Below, one piece after another: positions 50,721 to 63,942 of a DNA stretch of 64,000 nt. The position numbers were made by a program, and so were the translations under genes. The stretch's first letter is position 1, and every line of letters begins with the position of its first letter. The notes beneath the pieces were generated by a model, which was not told where the DNA came from, ran no database searches, and saw only the letters and a list, made by a program, of their open reading frames with translations. This DNA comes from Squalus acanthias (Eukaryota): assembly GCA_030390025.1 (NCBI GenBank), contig CM059432.1:83020001-83084000 (forward strand). The letters run 5' to 3'.

Positions 50721-51640
50721 AAGTTCCATGATTAATTCCAGCAAATATGCACTCATTAATACAAAAAGCATATACAAATGTTTTTTCTGGCTGCCATAGA
50801 AACCAATATACAAGTAGTTCTGCAATATATAAAAGAACACATCCCTGAATCAGATGTACAATAAAAGCTTTATCCCAACAAAATGTCACACGTATAATAC
50901 ACTGCTCGGAGGAGGCTCCAACTCAATGCATTGGTTTGATTAGAAGTCTATTTTTTTGCTCAGTAATTACACTGATCAAGGTGAGAGGACAGTGCACATC
51001 AATGGAGTGTTTTCAACCAAGAGTAAGGCTCCCACTACTTTGCCCCAAAATGTGCCTCAACTCCAACCTCAAGAATAATGTGTGAATTTTCCATTTCTGA
51101 CACCAGCTATCCCAGTAGCCCAAGTGAAATTGCCAAATAGACCCGACAATTCTCTGGAACTTAGGTACACCACTCCAGTCTTGGACACCACCAACATAGG
51201 CTGAAGTTAACACATTGCTGATATTTCCAAAACGTCTCTTAATCTATCAGCTTTCACATTTTTGTTCTCCTGTCTGCAAATTAGGTTCTAGTTTTTCCAT
51301 TTTCTCTAATCTTTACATCTGGCCTAAACATGACTGATGTGGCCATTCTCCAGCATAGCACTCCAAATTCCAGGAAGTCATCAAAATAAATTCAAATACA
51401 GTGGGGAAAGGAGGGGCAAAAAAAGGAAAAGGAAAATAGGCAACCTGGTCAAACAGCATTTCAAGATAGAATCAGTATGCAAAATTTTATAAAACAGCAA
51501 AATCATGTCACAGCACAGAAACAGGCCATTTGGTTCATCAAGTTTGCAGTGTTTTTCTCCACATGAGCCTTCTAACCTAACGCTACCCCCCTGCTCGCTT
51601 CCCATACCCTTGGCATTTTTCTTTTTCAAGCAACTATCTA

Positions 51641-52119
51641 CAGTGTTACTAGTTTATTTGCAACTCGTTTAATTGCAATTCCTATTTTAATGCAGCCATT
51701 TATAAAGTCCTGTTTCCCCCCCCCCCCCACCCTATACTTCCAATTGTGAAAAGTTTGTTTTATTGCAATTCCCGCTTATGTGCGAGTGTGTTGTGCACAG
51801 ATCCTGCTTTAACGAAACCTGCCACCTTTGAACACGAGGCGGTCACCTCAATCTAATTGGGTTTGGTGGTTATGTTGTAATAATTACTTGCTGCATTAGA
51901 GAGAATTTTTCTTTAAGGTATTATATTGTATTCACCTTTTAAGGATGCGGTTATACTACATTCACCCTTGCTGGTAAGATGTTGTAGGAAAGTTAAACAA
52001 ATAAAAAGGTTGTTATGCATCTGACTAGCCTTGAATGTTGCTTCCTGCTTTACAGAAATTCCTGTTTTATTGCAATTTGCGGGGTTGTCATAGCAGTTAC
52101 AATTAAGCGGGTTCCACTG
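51641..52119. mobile_element. Tc1/mariner-pogo (Tigger-like) MITE inserted in a decayed minus-strand CR1 3' end (~51505-52290)
   Basis: TA flanks on both sides. TIRs cagtgttactagtttatttgcaact / agttacaattaagcgggttccactg; internal repeats of ttttattgcaatt. Confidence 0.75.
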
Positions 52120-52349
52120 TAATTCCCTCTTAAAAGAATTCACAGACTCTGCTTTGACAATGGTTTGTGGCAGAAAATTCCATATTGTAATTACGTTCTT
52201 TGCAAGGAATTTGTTCTAACCTCCTCTTCAGTTCAGAGGTCTCCAAATTTTTGTCTTTGTTGATTGCATGTTGACTTTGCAGGAACCAGATAGTTTTAAC
52301 TAGTATCAGCTGATGCTCAGACCCCCATAAGTTTTGATTTTATTCAGTC

Positions 52350-53010
52350 AGAGACCACCTACTTCCACCTCTAACGCCACTTCTGCCCCTACCTCAGCCC
52401 AAGTACTGCTGAACACTCACCCATGCCTTAGTCACCTCCAGACTCGACTATTCCAATGCTTACCTGGCCGGCCTCATCCTCCACCCACCGTAAACTTCAG
52501 CTCATCCAGAACTCTGATGCCCATATCCTATGTTACACCCAGTTCGCTCACCTATCACCCCAGTCCTCATTGACCTATATTGGTTCCTGGTTCCTCCAAC
52601 TCCTCCAATTAAAAATTCTGAAACTCGTGCTGAAACCCCTTCATGGCCTTACCTCTCCATCCCTCCCCCCCAAATCTGCTCCAACTCTGGTCTTTTGTGC
52701 ATGCTCTCTTTCTCTTTTCCCTTCCACCCCTCCTCCTCCTCTCTTCCCCCCCCCCCCACAAATGCTCCACCATTGGCAGCTGTGTCTTCAGCTACCTAGG
52801 CCCCACACTCTGCAATTCCATGCCTAAACCTCTCCCATCTCCCTTTTCTTTAAAGCCCTCTTTAAAACCCACCTCCTTTACCAAGTTTTTGGTCACCTCT
52901 CCTAATCGCTCCTTTATTAGCCAAGAGTCCATTAGTTTCTAATTACACCTCTGAAGTGTCTTTGGACATTTTTCTACATTAAAGGTGCTACATAAGTGCA
53001 AGTTGTTGTT
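52350..53010 (+). mobile_element. L2 LINE 3' fragment
   Basis: Homologous to 42645-43287 (gtcacctccagactcgactattccaatgct; KLQLIQNS); tail aaaggtgctacataagtgcaagttgttgtt. Confidence 0.88.
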
Positions 53011-53016
53011 ATCAGT

Positions 53017-53035
53017 TAGCCACAAGATGGCACAT
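53017..53035 (+). promoter_or_regulatory. CTCF-like motif
   Basis: tagccacaagatggcacat fits the CCAC-AG(A/G)(T/G)GGC core; motif match only. Confidence 0.3.
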
Positions 53036-54779
53036 TATACCACACCGTCCTCTGTAAATGATGGTTGCTACAGCTGTATTAATGCTCCAAGCTCTAAAGT
53101 CATCCATAGGATACGATTGCACTGCAGCTGATGAAAATGTGACGGGGAGAGGAGAGAGGGAGAGACAAGGTGAAACTTTTGAATACATAAACACTCAAAC
53201 ACGTACACACACCTGTGGCAAACAAATGCCAAAGTAAACATTGAATACAACCAACTTTACACCAATGTTTAATGTTGATATACTTGGGTGCCAGTAATTT
53301 TTGAATAGGTTGTTAGGAATTAGCTGCAGTTTGAGCCACACAATTGATTATAAATGATACAGTAGATGCAGCCCTACAAAAAGGCCCTAATTCTATCTAG
53401 TTAATAGATTCAGATTCTCAAAACTAAATGTATTCACTAGATTGGGTCATAAAAATAATTCAATTTAATTTTCTGCTTATCTTCAGTACTTGCATTGGAT
53501 TTCTTGGCATCTATTTTCATTTTTTTGCATTTACTTGCGTATTTCCATAATCTTGAATAAAGGTACTTGTATTTTACAATTTTAGACCATGGTTACACTA
53601 AACAGTTTTCACATATTCATTGGTCTAAATAGTCCAGAAAGCTTAAGCGCCACTTCTTAACATCTGGCAGTGGTGTCAGATTACAGAACGCTAGGGAAAA
53701 TAGCAGCAGGGTCACAAACAGAAGCAAATATGGTTATTGCAAATCTGCCTACCCACTCAGCACTCATGCCAAAATACAAGGCAAAGAGTAGTCAACAGTT
53801 TCCAGGTTTCCCCTCCTAAATAGAGCAAGCCTCATCAAAAATCTAGTAGGTTAGTGCCTGCAGCAAAACTTTGGCATTCACTGAACTTGATTCCTGTTAA
53901 CTGGCAGTTTCAAGCCAGCAGAAGGCTGCTAGAAACTTTAGTCTCATTCTCCGCCAATATAAATGTTGCTGAAATTCAAGCAAGTGAATAATCTAAAGAC
54001 TTATTGGCTAGTTTGATCATAAATTTACAACATATTAAAAAAAAAACACAAATATAGCATTCCCAACTTCCACAGGCTCATGCTCGGGGACATGTACTTT
54101 CAAATCCCGAGGTACTCACTGCAGTTGTTAGAATGCCTTCCCAAGCATGATGCAACATGATCATAATTAAACCTACAGAGACAGACAGACGGGGCACGTG
54201 CCAGAGACGGAGAAGGAAAGCTTTTCCTTCACTCATAACTATTCAATGTAGAACCAGGGTGGGCTGAATGTTTTACTACTGCCGTGTATTTAATTTGGGG
54301 TGGAGGGGGGGGGGGGGGGGGGGGGAGGGGAAGAGCAACTGTACAGAAACCTCTTGATATATAACAAACTCTCTACCACAGTGCTTTCAAATTAAAATAT
54401 TGCATTTTAATTCTAGGCATAAACTGCAATAGAATTTTTACTCCAATATGTAGCATTGGACTTATAATCAGGTCTCATGTAGTATGTGGAATCAGTCACC
54501 CATTCCCAAGGTTCCAAAAGCCAAAGTAATGTAGCAAACCTCTTAGTTTCATGAAGAATAAGGCAAGATGCTCACTCACTGCCATAACAAAAACAGATAG
54601 ATCCTGTCCCAAAAAATCAGGAGACTGATTTAAAGACACTACCATCAACTAAGCAGATTTGTGGTATAAAATTAGCCTTGAATTGCTGTCAACATTTCTG
54701 AAGTCCTTCACAACCTACATGGATAAGACAGGGAAAAAAACTCCGTTCTAATATACAACATAGAGATAGAGATAAAGAG

Positions 54780-54885
54780 AAAGAACTTACATTTATATAG
54801 CACCTTTCACAAACTCATGACAAGCCAAAGCACTTCATAGCCAATATAGTGGATTTTTTACGTGGTCACTGTTGTAAAGTAGGAA
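54780..54885 (-). mobile_element. DeuSINE tail fragment
   Basis: aaagaacttacatttatatagcacctttcac..aaagcacttcatagccaat..gtcactgttgtaa is the reverse complement of the SINE 3' end. Confidence 0.75.
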
Positions 54886-54939
54886 ATGTTCAAGTTTCTT
54901 TATTAAATTCATTTTGTTTGAGAAAAAAACCCAGCATTC

Positions 54940-55310
54940 TTCAACCCTGGGTCTGTGCTGAATTAACAGAGTTTAGCAAGGGCAGCAATTGTAATGCTAC
55001 AATTCATTGTAGCACTCCAGTATTGGTGCGGGGGGGGGGGGGGGGGGGGGAAGGAATGAGAGTTAAGGTTCCTGCTCTTATATCACTTTCCATGGACACT
55101 TGCTGGAAGTGGCTGTGTTTGGACATCAGATGAGGTCAGGATCAGGTTTGGTTGTGATGGCCTCACACACACACACCCTCCACCAAAAGAATGAAACAGC
55201 CTCCCAACGCTTGCCATCAAGGCTCGGACATGAATAATAGCCACTTTAGCAAGGTACTGGAGAAAGCACAATCCCTAAAGTCATACACCAGGGAGTCAAT
55301 GCCTGACAGC
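54940..55310 (+). repeat. Old interspersed repeat (SINE-like), copy 2 of 3
   Basis: aggatcagg..tgtgatg..catgaataatagccacttt..aggtactgg is shared with the 24060 and 62740 copies. Confidence 0.6.
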
Positions 55311-57971
55311 AGGGGAGCAAATTGGCAAGGGAAAAAAAAGTTCAACATTCAATTTAACTCGTTAAATCTAACTGCTCATCACTGCATTCATTGGGTGAAG
55401 CCCCACGTAGTTTCCAATTTTCTTTTGGGGGGGGGGTTAGACTTATATAAAAAAAAACTTGTGTTCACTATATCCACTTCTTATTGATTCAGGTAATATT
55501 TAAAAAATGTTTTTATTTTCTAAGTAACAGATCAAATACACATTTTGCTCACAAGCCAAAGCCTGCAACCTCTGCAGAAATTTCTAATGCTCAGGGCAGT
55601 GTGTTCTGGAATGATTCGTTGTTAATAAAAAGCTGCGAGACATCAGTGTGCAGGCATTTAATATTTTGGACCAGACTTAAAGATAAAGCCAGAGGATAGA
55701 GCTCCTTAAAATACCAACTATTAGAACCATGAGCCATCTCCAAACTGAAGTTATTTAGTACCTGTAATCTAAACTGCATATACATACAAGTGTTGGCATG
55801 CTAATTATTCAGCTCCTGCCTCACTTTCCATCGAGCAGCCCCAAGGGTCGACTACTGTTTGGACAAAGTGACTGGATTGGAGCTTACTTTGTAAACTGCC
55901 CCAAAGTGCTGAAAAGTTTCAACTTTCTCTTTCTCCTCTCCCCCCCAAATTACCAATCCCCCACAATCAACCAATATTCACAAGTACTGACAAAACATTA
56001 CTGTTCACATTTACAAATACACTCAAAGTTTATAAAGTATTAATGGTGTATGGGGAGGATTACAGGATTTGTTCAAGGCCATGAACCGGTACGATAAATA
56101 TTTTTGATTTAAGTGCTGAGCTGGAAATTCAATACAACTCGCCCACAAACCCTGGGTCTAGTCTTTCAGCTACAGTTAACCAAGTTGCTTTTACTATTGT
56201 GGAATTCAAACAGACCATGCCCCCACAGATACACCTCAACCATCCAATTTACCAGCTGTCTTTTCATTAGGATAACAGGAGTACATTACAATGAAGAATC
56301 AACTGTATATTTGTTAGCTTAGAGTTTACAATTATCCATCATTTAGTTTTATGTATGCAATTTATGTGAAGCATTTATATAAAAAAATACAATCGCAAAA
56401 ATGTAATTTGTGCAGGTCTGTTAAAGCAGTGTTTTTTTTTAAATAAACAGAAACTACATAATATTTACAGAAGTTTGAGCTACTTTTGAAATGCAGCATA
56501 GAAAGGCACCAATTGCAGTTTTAAATACAAAGTTTTCTCTGAATAATTTCTATAATCACAGTATGAACACGATCTCTGATTACACATCCAAATCCATGAG
56601 CACTTAGATCTGAAAAAATTTGCAAAAAGCAGTCAATTGAAATCCACTTGTACAGGCATGCTACAGATTTTGTGCAATGTTAAAGAAGATATGCAATAAC
56701 CCATTCATTCCCCACCACCAACGCAAGTTCCTTTAGCTCCCATCTGCCAGTCAATAAGTTCCATCTCATAAATGGAGAGAAAAATAATTCACATTTTCGC
56801 AGCGGAGGCCAATTGCAGCATTCACACACTGAACTCTCTACTTTCCCCCGGTCTCTAGGTTGTTCCTCTGCAATTAGCAGGAACCCAAGGGTGAAGGGGA
56901 GATGTCAGGATAATAGACAAACTGCATGTTCTTGAAACTGGCTGTGGCTGTGAAAACGTCAATATCTTCAACCAGAATTGGTGACTTTGTAGGTTTCCTC
57001 ACTTCCTGCCAGTAAATCAGAACAATTTAACCTTACACAACTGTCCATAATCAATCTGCAATCTGAAGTTTTGCAGTTTAAAGTTTATGAGTACAAGATT
57101 TAGAAGCTGTAGATCACAATACTCAAGAAACAAATCAATTGAAATTCACATTTGTAATTATACGATCATTTCTGTGCTAAAACTGAAGGAAGAAGTCTAC
57201 CTATAAACAAAAACTTCTCCGATCATAACTGCCAAGTCCCTCAAACATCTTTTAGCCTTAAATAGTACAGCCACATTTAGATTAAGGCTACAGTGGTTAT
57301 GGCTGGCCCTACAACATTGGGTCAGTCTCCCCCAAATGCTGTTAAGATTGGCCAGCTGTTTATCCATTTTGCATTTGCTTGCTGTTCCTTACATGCACAG
57401 GAGGTATGGTTTTTCCAAATGGGCATTTTTCCAAGACAATATCCTGTTAAAAATGTTACACTGCATATTTTCTTTCCTCTTAATTTTCTCCGGAACTGAA
57501 AGAATTAAGCAGCATTTCTGCACCAAAATACAAGTTCATGCATTATATCGCAACAGCTAGGTTTGGAATTAAGTTTTAAATGGCACTCCTGAGAAACTGC
57601 TAAAATAATTTACACCCTAACCAACTGGATTGGAAGTAATTTTAAACGAACTGTAAATTATCCACTTCTAACTAATGCCAAGTGCACAGTGAAATTATTA
57701 CAAAATACTGTCAAATGTGTCACTTTATGACATTCGCAGAACAGTGAGCAACGACACAGCAGCTTTACTGCAGCATCGGCGTTGTTGGTGTTGCTGCTCA
57801 AATAGAAGGATTCTGGTCTCCAAGACAGAAAGTACTCGTCATGGCTGGGCTATGGACCGCCATTCTTAAAGCAACTACAAAAAGTCAATTAAATGTTTTG
57901 TTTAACCTGAAAAGCTTTAGAATAATGAAGCACAATGCCAAAAATGTATACATCTAAAATATTAACCCATG

Positions 57972-58085
57972 AAATTGGCTGCCATGTTTCCCTACATTAC
58001 AACAGTGACAGTATTGCATTGGCTATGAAGCACCGAGACATCCTGAGGTCATGAAAGGTGTTGTATAAATGTGCGTTCTTTCTTC
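57972..58085 (+). mobile_element. DeuSINE tail fragment
   Basis: aaattggctgccatgtttccctacattacaacagtgac..catcctgaggtcatgaaaggtg..ataaatg. Confidence 0.8.
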
Positions 58086-58134
58086 CTCTCTCTCTATAGA
58101 TGCCAACTGGCTTGTTGTGTATTTCCGACATAAT

Positions 58135-58706
58135 GGCCCGGATTTTGCAGTGGGTCCTCTGAAACCGACCATAACTTCAGCCTTTAGCTGCGCAGCTAAG
58201 GTGGAAATCCTGAAGTTGCGGTCAGTCATTTACTGCTCCAACACAGGCAGCGCTATGGACTGCCCCCCGCCCCCCCCCCAATCAGTAAAATCCATGGAAC
58301 TGATGAAAACTTAAGCTTTACTGTGCTAATATCACTGTTAAATACCCCATTAAAGCATTGTTGGAATAGGTGTAACTGGGGTTTTAACAGCATTCTGGCC
58401 CTGAAAAACTAATTTTAAATTTATGGAATGTCAAATTTCTCCATTATGATCAGAATTACTAGATTTTCTTTAAGAATTTTTTTTTTTTTTAAAGTGCAGA
58501 TAATCAGTGCTTTACATTTCCTGGTCCACAGTCTGTGAGCATTCTGCAATGTGATTGGCTGCTTAGACAGCTTGGAATCGCTAGGAATCCCCAATTGACA
58601 GCGCAACAATCAATCACACGTCGAGGAAGCTAAAGTTCTCGCCACAGAGTGTGGGCAGCTTTCTTCGAGGTCAGCTGCAATTACCACTGACCGCAAATTA
58701 CAGGCC
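58135..58706. mobile_element. MITE-like element (GGCC-ended family)
   Basis: Ends ggcccggattttgcagt / accgcaaattacaggcc; internal homology (inverted) with 2140-2812. Confidence 0.68.
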
Positions 58707-59054
58707 TATGTTTTTATTTCAGATTTCCACCATCTGCAGTTTATTTCCCTTTTTATTTGACTCACTCAGTTGTAAAATCTAGAATTTAGGCCAAACCAGT
58801 TTCCTTTGTATGAACAGATAGAAACTGTTTAATGTGTAAAAACCAAGAAGGATTTTGTTTAGTTATTTTCGGTAGAGTATTTTAACTAGGTCCATGCTAC
58901 TACTTATAGGGTTTTTGTTTTTTTAAGTGGCTAGTTGACAAAATCTGGGTAATATATCAGTTATTTTCCAACTTGTTCTACTGGTGTAGGATAGCTACAG
59001 CAGAACACTGAGCACTCGAGGTGAAAAAAAAACTTCTGAATTACTTAATATTTC

Positions 59055-59970
59055 CCACGGAGTGAACCAAATTGACTGGACACTGGCATCTATGATGGCG
59101 GGGACCCTAGGAGGTGGCCTAGCAGCACTTTTGCCTGAAGACACTTGCAAACACTTCAGTCTGGTCTCTTGCACTCAAACATGGTTCAGGGTGGGAATGC
59201 TCATGGCGCTTTCTTCTCCCGCTAGTTGTCCAATGGACCATCGCTATTCTTGATTGAATGTAGTAGGGCTGGAGAACTTTACTCTTATATGATTGTGGGA
59301 CCACTTCGCTATCTACAGACTACTGCTTTTGGTGTTCAGCATGCAGGCTGCCCTGTGCAATAGCTGCACTAAGATGGCACCTCTCCCTAGGGTATGCCTA
59401 TTGAACCAGGGATGCTCTCCCAGCTTGATGGTGATGAGGAGTAAGGGGTGTGCCAGGCCTGGAGGTTGCCGATTGTGGTAGTATACAATTCTGCTGATGG
59501 CCTAGTTTTGGGCTGCGGGATCTGTCTTTAGTCTGTCGCACTTAGCACGGTTTTGGTACCACACTACACAATGGAGAGCATCTTCACTGTGAATCCGAGA
59601 CTTTGTCTTTACAAGGACTGGGTGGTGGTCACTCATACCAATAGTATTGTGAACAGACATATTTGCAACAGGTAAGTTGGCGAGAACAAGGCTAAGCGGA
59701 TTACTTACTCGTGATGGTTCCCAACCACCTGATGCAAGCATAGTCCGGCAGCTATGCCTTCAGGACTCTGCCAGCTCAGTCAGTGACCTTACTTTCATTA
59801 GTGCTTTCTCCAAGTTGAATCGGTGCTCCTCCATGTTGCTCATCAGTTGAAGAGGAGGTTTCCTTGTTTGGCCTGAAGCCATGATGCTAATTTTAAGGAC
59901 TCACAGGGCCACTCCCACAAATGTATACTACAGTGCCATTGGGAAAAGACATACGCAGGGATGTGATGCT
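59055..59970 (-). mobile_element. Decayed LINE endonuclease/linker region, probably the second CR1-group family
   Basis: ORF 59502-59741 IGMSDHHPVLV (APE SDH motif)...VVWYQNRAKCDRL; ORF 59119-59304 ARDQTEVFASVFRQKC. Confidence 0.7.
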
Positions 59971-62739
59971 TATTAAAAATGAATAAGCGAAGGGAAAATA
60001 TATCTGATTGGCCAAGTAATATTTTTCACTGCCATTTAATCACATTATACCCAATGTCAAGTTAATGTCTTCATGAAAGTGGTGGCACTGTAGTGTCTTC
60101 AGTTTCGCATCCCCCCTAGCTCTTCAGCCTGTACTGCACAGAAACTCCTATGCTCAAATCAACTCTATTTATCTGCTTTGCAAATTTCTGCAAATTTTGT
60201 TATTCTATTAGCTATATATAAATATAAAATCCAAGTCTTATAAAAACAAGAACATAATGGATTGCTTTAAAATAGGCACTGAATTACATCTGCACCACCT
60301 GGCCAATTTATACTGACCCTATAACCCCACTTCATTTTAAGACTACACCATGGAATAATGACAAGTGACATATGAAATATTCAGTAAAGTTGCAGGTAAA
60401 CTGGAAATATTTCCCTTCTTTCTCCTCCCCCAAACAACAAAAGGGAAAATTATCTCCTCCTTTGTGGGAAAACATTTTCAGTGTTAACCCAGAAGCAAGG
60501 AATGCACAGAAGATTAATAAATAGAAATGTATTTGCATACATAGAGGGAAAGAGAGGAGCATGCAAGCAGTCGTGACCATGACTCATAACTCTGTCCATC
60601 TGTCAATTCCCCCACAGCCAGTTCTCAGTATGATGGCAGATATTTTAACATTTAACCTGTCCCCACATTCTAGGAAACCTAATTTCCAATGTGAACTTAG
60701 ATAAACCATTTTTTCCAGCCACTATTTTATCTATTACTATAGCGAGAATCAGCAATCAACTAGGTTCCCATTTCACTGATTTTCAGCCATGAATCATGTA
60801 TATCAATTTGGAGTTCTTTATGCCCATTATGCTTTAAAGTATTTCCCAGTTTCTATGTATAAAACTATAATTTGCACAGGACATTACAATTATATGGGAC
60901 CGGTTGGACGGACTTTGTCTGTCCATCATTTTTCATACATTCATATTCCCGTGATCATCACCTGGTAGTCACTTACAAAGGCAGAAATTAAAGAAAATTT
61001 GATTCTAGTCTCACAAAGTAGTCTGACCAGTTTATCAGAAGAAAGGCAGAGTCTTGAATTCAGTGGCGCACACTGTATTTTTGTTGAATTACCAAGAAAA
61101 AGACAAGAGGCAGCTACTTGTCAGTCAATTCAAAAGGTGACCATTAGCAATCATTTGCAGCAGGGACAATTAAACATTTTGCAAAGATAGTGCATTCCAG
61201 CTCATCTGCACCACTGATGCGCTGATATACCAGTGTGAGGGAGAAATGTAGTGAGGTATGTGGTGCCATTCCTCCTCTTACATTCAAAATAATTGGCTCG
61301 GAAAATAAAAGCAGAACTATTAAAGATCTAGCAGTTCAGACAAGTCCATTTTCCTATGGATTCTCAGCTGGGTCATCTTATTGACCACTTTCTGTATTCA
61401 CAAATACAAATGACAAAGGCCATTCAGCCCATTTATCCTTATCCATCCTGGAAAAAAATTCCGCCCAAAACACCGTCCAGTGATTTGACGGTTTCAGGCA
61501 TTTTTTGCCTCCATCCAGTCTTGTAATGTGAGGGAGTGCTGCCTTTATCTGGCTAGGTCTGCCAGCTTTAGAGTATAACTGTCAGATGGGATTGCGCATT
61601 CTGTGGCAGTTTCCAGCCCCATTGGAAATTCGCACTTTTTTTTTGGGGGGGGGGGGGGGGGGGGGGGGGGAGGAGGAGAGTGAGAAAGAATAAAATGCCA
61701 ATCCACAAAGGGTGCTGCAGCAAAATTCTTCCCCTGCCCCACTCAGGAAACTGCCGAGTTGTGCCAGAAACAATTCAGGCACGTGGCCAGAACATGCAAA
61801 TTGGTCTACTCTAAAATTTCCAATCGGGCCGGCAATGGTGTCAGTAGGCAGGCTTCAACCAAGATCCTCCGAGGACTCCCCAAGAACTTCGGGGATGCTG
61901 GACATAAATATCTCCCACTGCTAACTCACTATTTGAACTGCCACTTTTTCAAAGCATTTAAAATCAAGTTTAGGTCCCTATACGTACCATTTATTTTGCA
62001 AATAGAAAACATGAAACTTGAGACAAAATTTGAAGAAAAAAAAATCAATTACTTTGTGTTTTTTTTTACCTTTAGCTGTAATAGAATATCAAAATTGAAC
62101 AACCTATATCAGACTTTGAAGTAGTGACATGTCTTGCGGAGGTGAAATTTTTATAGTATTGATTAGATTCATTTACAGACACTGATAGGTAGGCTATTGA
62201 AATACTGATGTCTAGACCACACAGCTGCTTGGAGATGACTAGCAAAGAATTAAAAAAAACAAGTGTGGGGAAGAGAAGAAAGCAAATCAGTTTTGAAATG
62301 TTCTTCCCAGTTTGATTTACAGATTAATGGATGGATAAACCAAACACCATTTTCAGTGAAAGCAATTGCCTTGGGCAACCCTACCTTTCCTTAAAAGGGA
62401 TCACTTGGTTAATGTACCGAATTTTTAAGCGGAATAAGATCGAAGGAGATGATAAAACACTTTGTTATAACTTGTAATTTTAATCTCAAATGACAAAATC
62501 TCTTGATTGAAAAAGGATCAAACACAACTAAAGTATATAGCAACAATTTCAACCAGAAACATACTGATCATCAAGCATCTAAAACTGGCAAAAGAACTGA
62601 CAGATACAATCAGAACAGTTAACATGTTGAGACTGAAATCTGAGCTCATTCTTTCAAGCTGAAACTTTCAAGCAACCCCTGACAGAAATACTAAAAGGAC
62701 TTACTCCCTGGATAAACTTGTCAAGCTTCAGGGAAAGCC

Positions 62740-63040
62740 TGCTTGAGGCAGAGAGTATCTGAGCTGTACAGCTCGGGAAGTCCCAGATTCAGCTCTCAAG
62801 CCAGGCACTTCAATTGGCTTCATTCTTGATGCTAGTTGTTGTCGAATGACCCCGATGGAAATTGTGCACGTGCATATGTTTGATCAGGACAGGATCAGTT
62901 GTGATGCCCTCAAATAGCTTGTCAACACTCCAGTTTAGGCTCACATCTGCCATTTGGGCAAGGAAACAGAGAGCTGCCACTGCACGTGGAACAGTTGTCT
63001 GGCATGACTCGCCATGTCCAGGAGGAGAGGTTAAACAAAA
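62740..63040 (+). repeat. Old interspersed repeat (SINE-like), copy 3 of 3
   Basis: aggacaggatcagttgtgatgccc..aaatagcttgtcaacact..aggctcaca..gccatttgggcaagg. Confidence 0.55.
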
Positions 63041-63942
63041 CTGCTGTTTAATCCTTTTCTATATTAAAAGGACACGGCAAGACAGGAAAGATAGGTTCCT
63101 AAAAATAGCTCAATGCAGTTCCCACTCAAACAAGAACTCAAGCCAGCACACCGTGTTTCCTGCAACAACCAAACATCAATTCTTGCCAGTAGGTTAATGT
63201 CAAAATCACCTCCCAAATAAAGTGAAACACTCTGTTAATGGCTAAAGAGTCAGTACAAAAAGCAATCACAACTTAAACAAAAAAGTGAGTATTTATTGAC
63301 CTTTTATACATCATGGCTGAACTCATAAGGAAACAGAATCTGAAGGGTAAATTCAGGCAAAAAGATATGCAAATTAAAATGCAATTTCAATGACAGATTG
63401 ACATTGCATTGGTAACATAAATGAGCCATTTGTATAGGAAAAGAAAATGCTCCAAATGCCTAGCACTTGAAGGAATCATTATGGTGCAGGACTGCAAGTT
63501 AAATTAGCGCCAATGAATATCATAATATATAAATTTGTTTAGACAGGAAATCCTGCTGCAATCCTCAGAAGGGTTAAACATATAAACTGATTTCCAAATG
63601 AACATTCAGACCACTCAATTTGAAATCATACAACCAGTGAACTCTGTACTCAGCCCAGATCAGAAGCTAGAGATCACAAGATAATGTGTGTTCTTTGAAC
63701 AGTGCTATTTTCGAAATAGCCCACATGGTTTTTCCTCACACCAATCTTACGCCGCGTGAAAATATTAACGAACTACTACCAGTACATGGAACACCAATAA
63801 CACTGCAAGAAAAACAGCAACCAATTAAATAAACAGGGATAGAGATTGTGTTATATACTGATGGTCTACATGTCCGATTTATTTTTCCATCAGCTCAGGC
63901 TCAGTCTCTACCTATCTTACTCACGAGAATCCAGTGGTAAGA

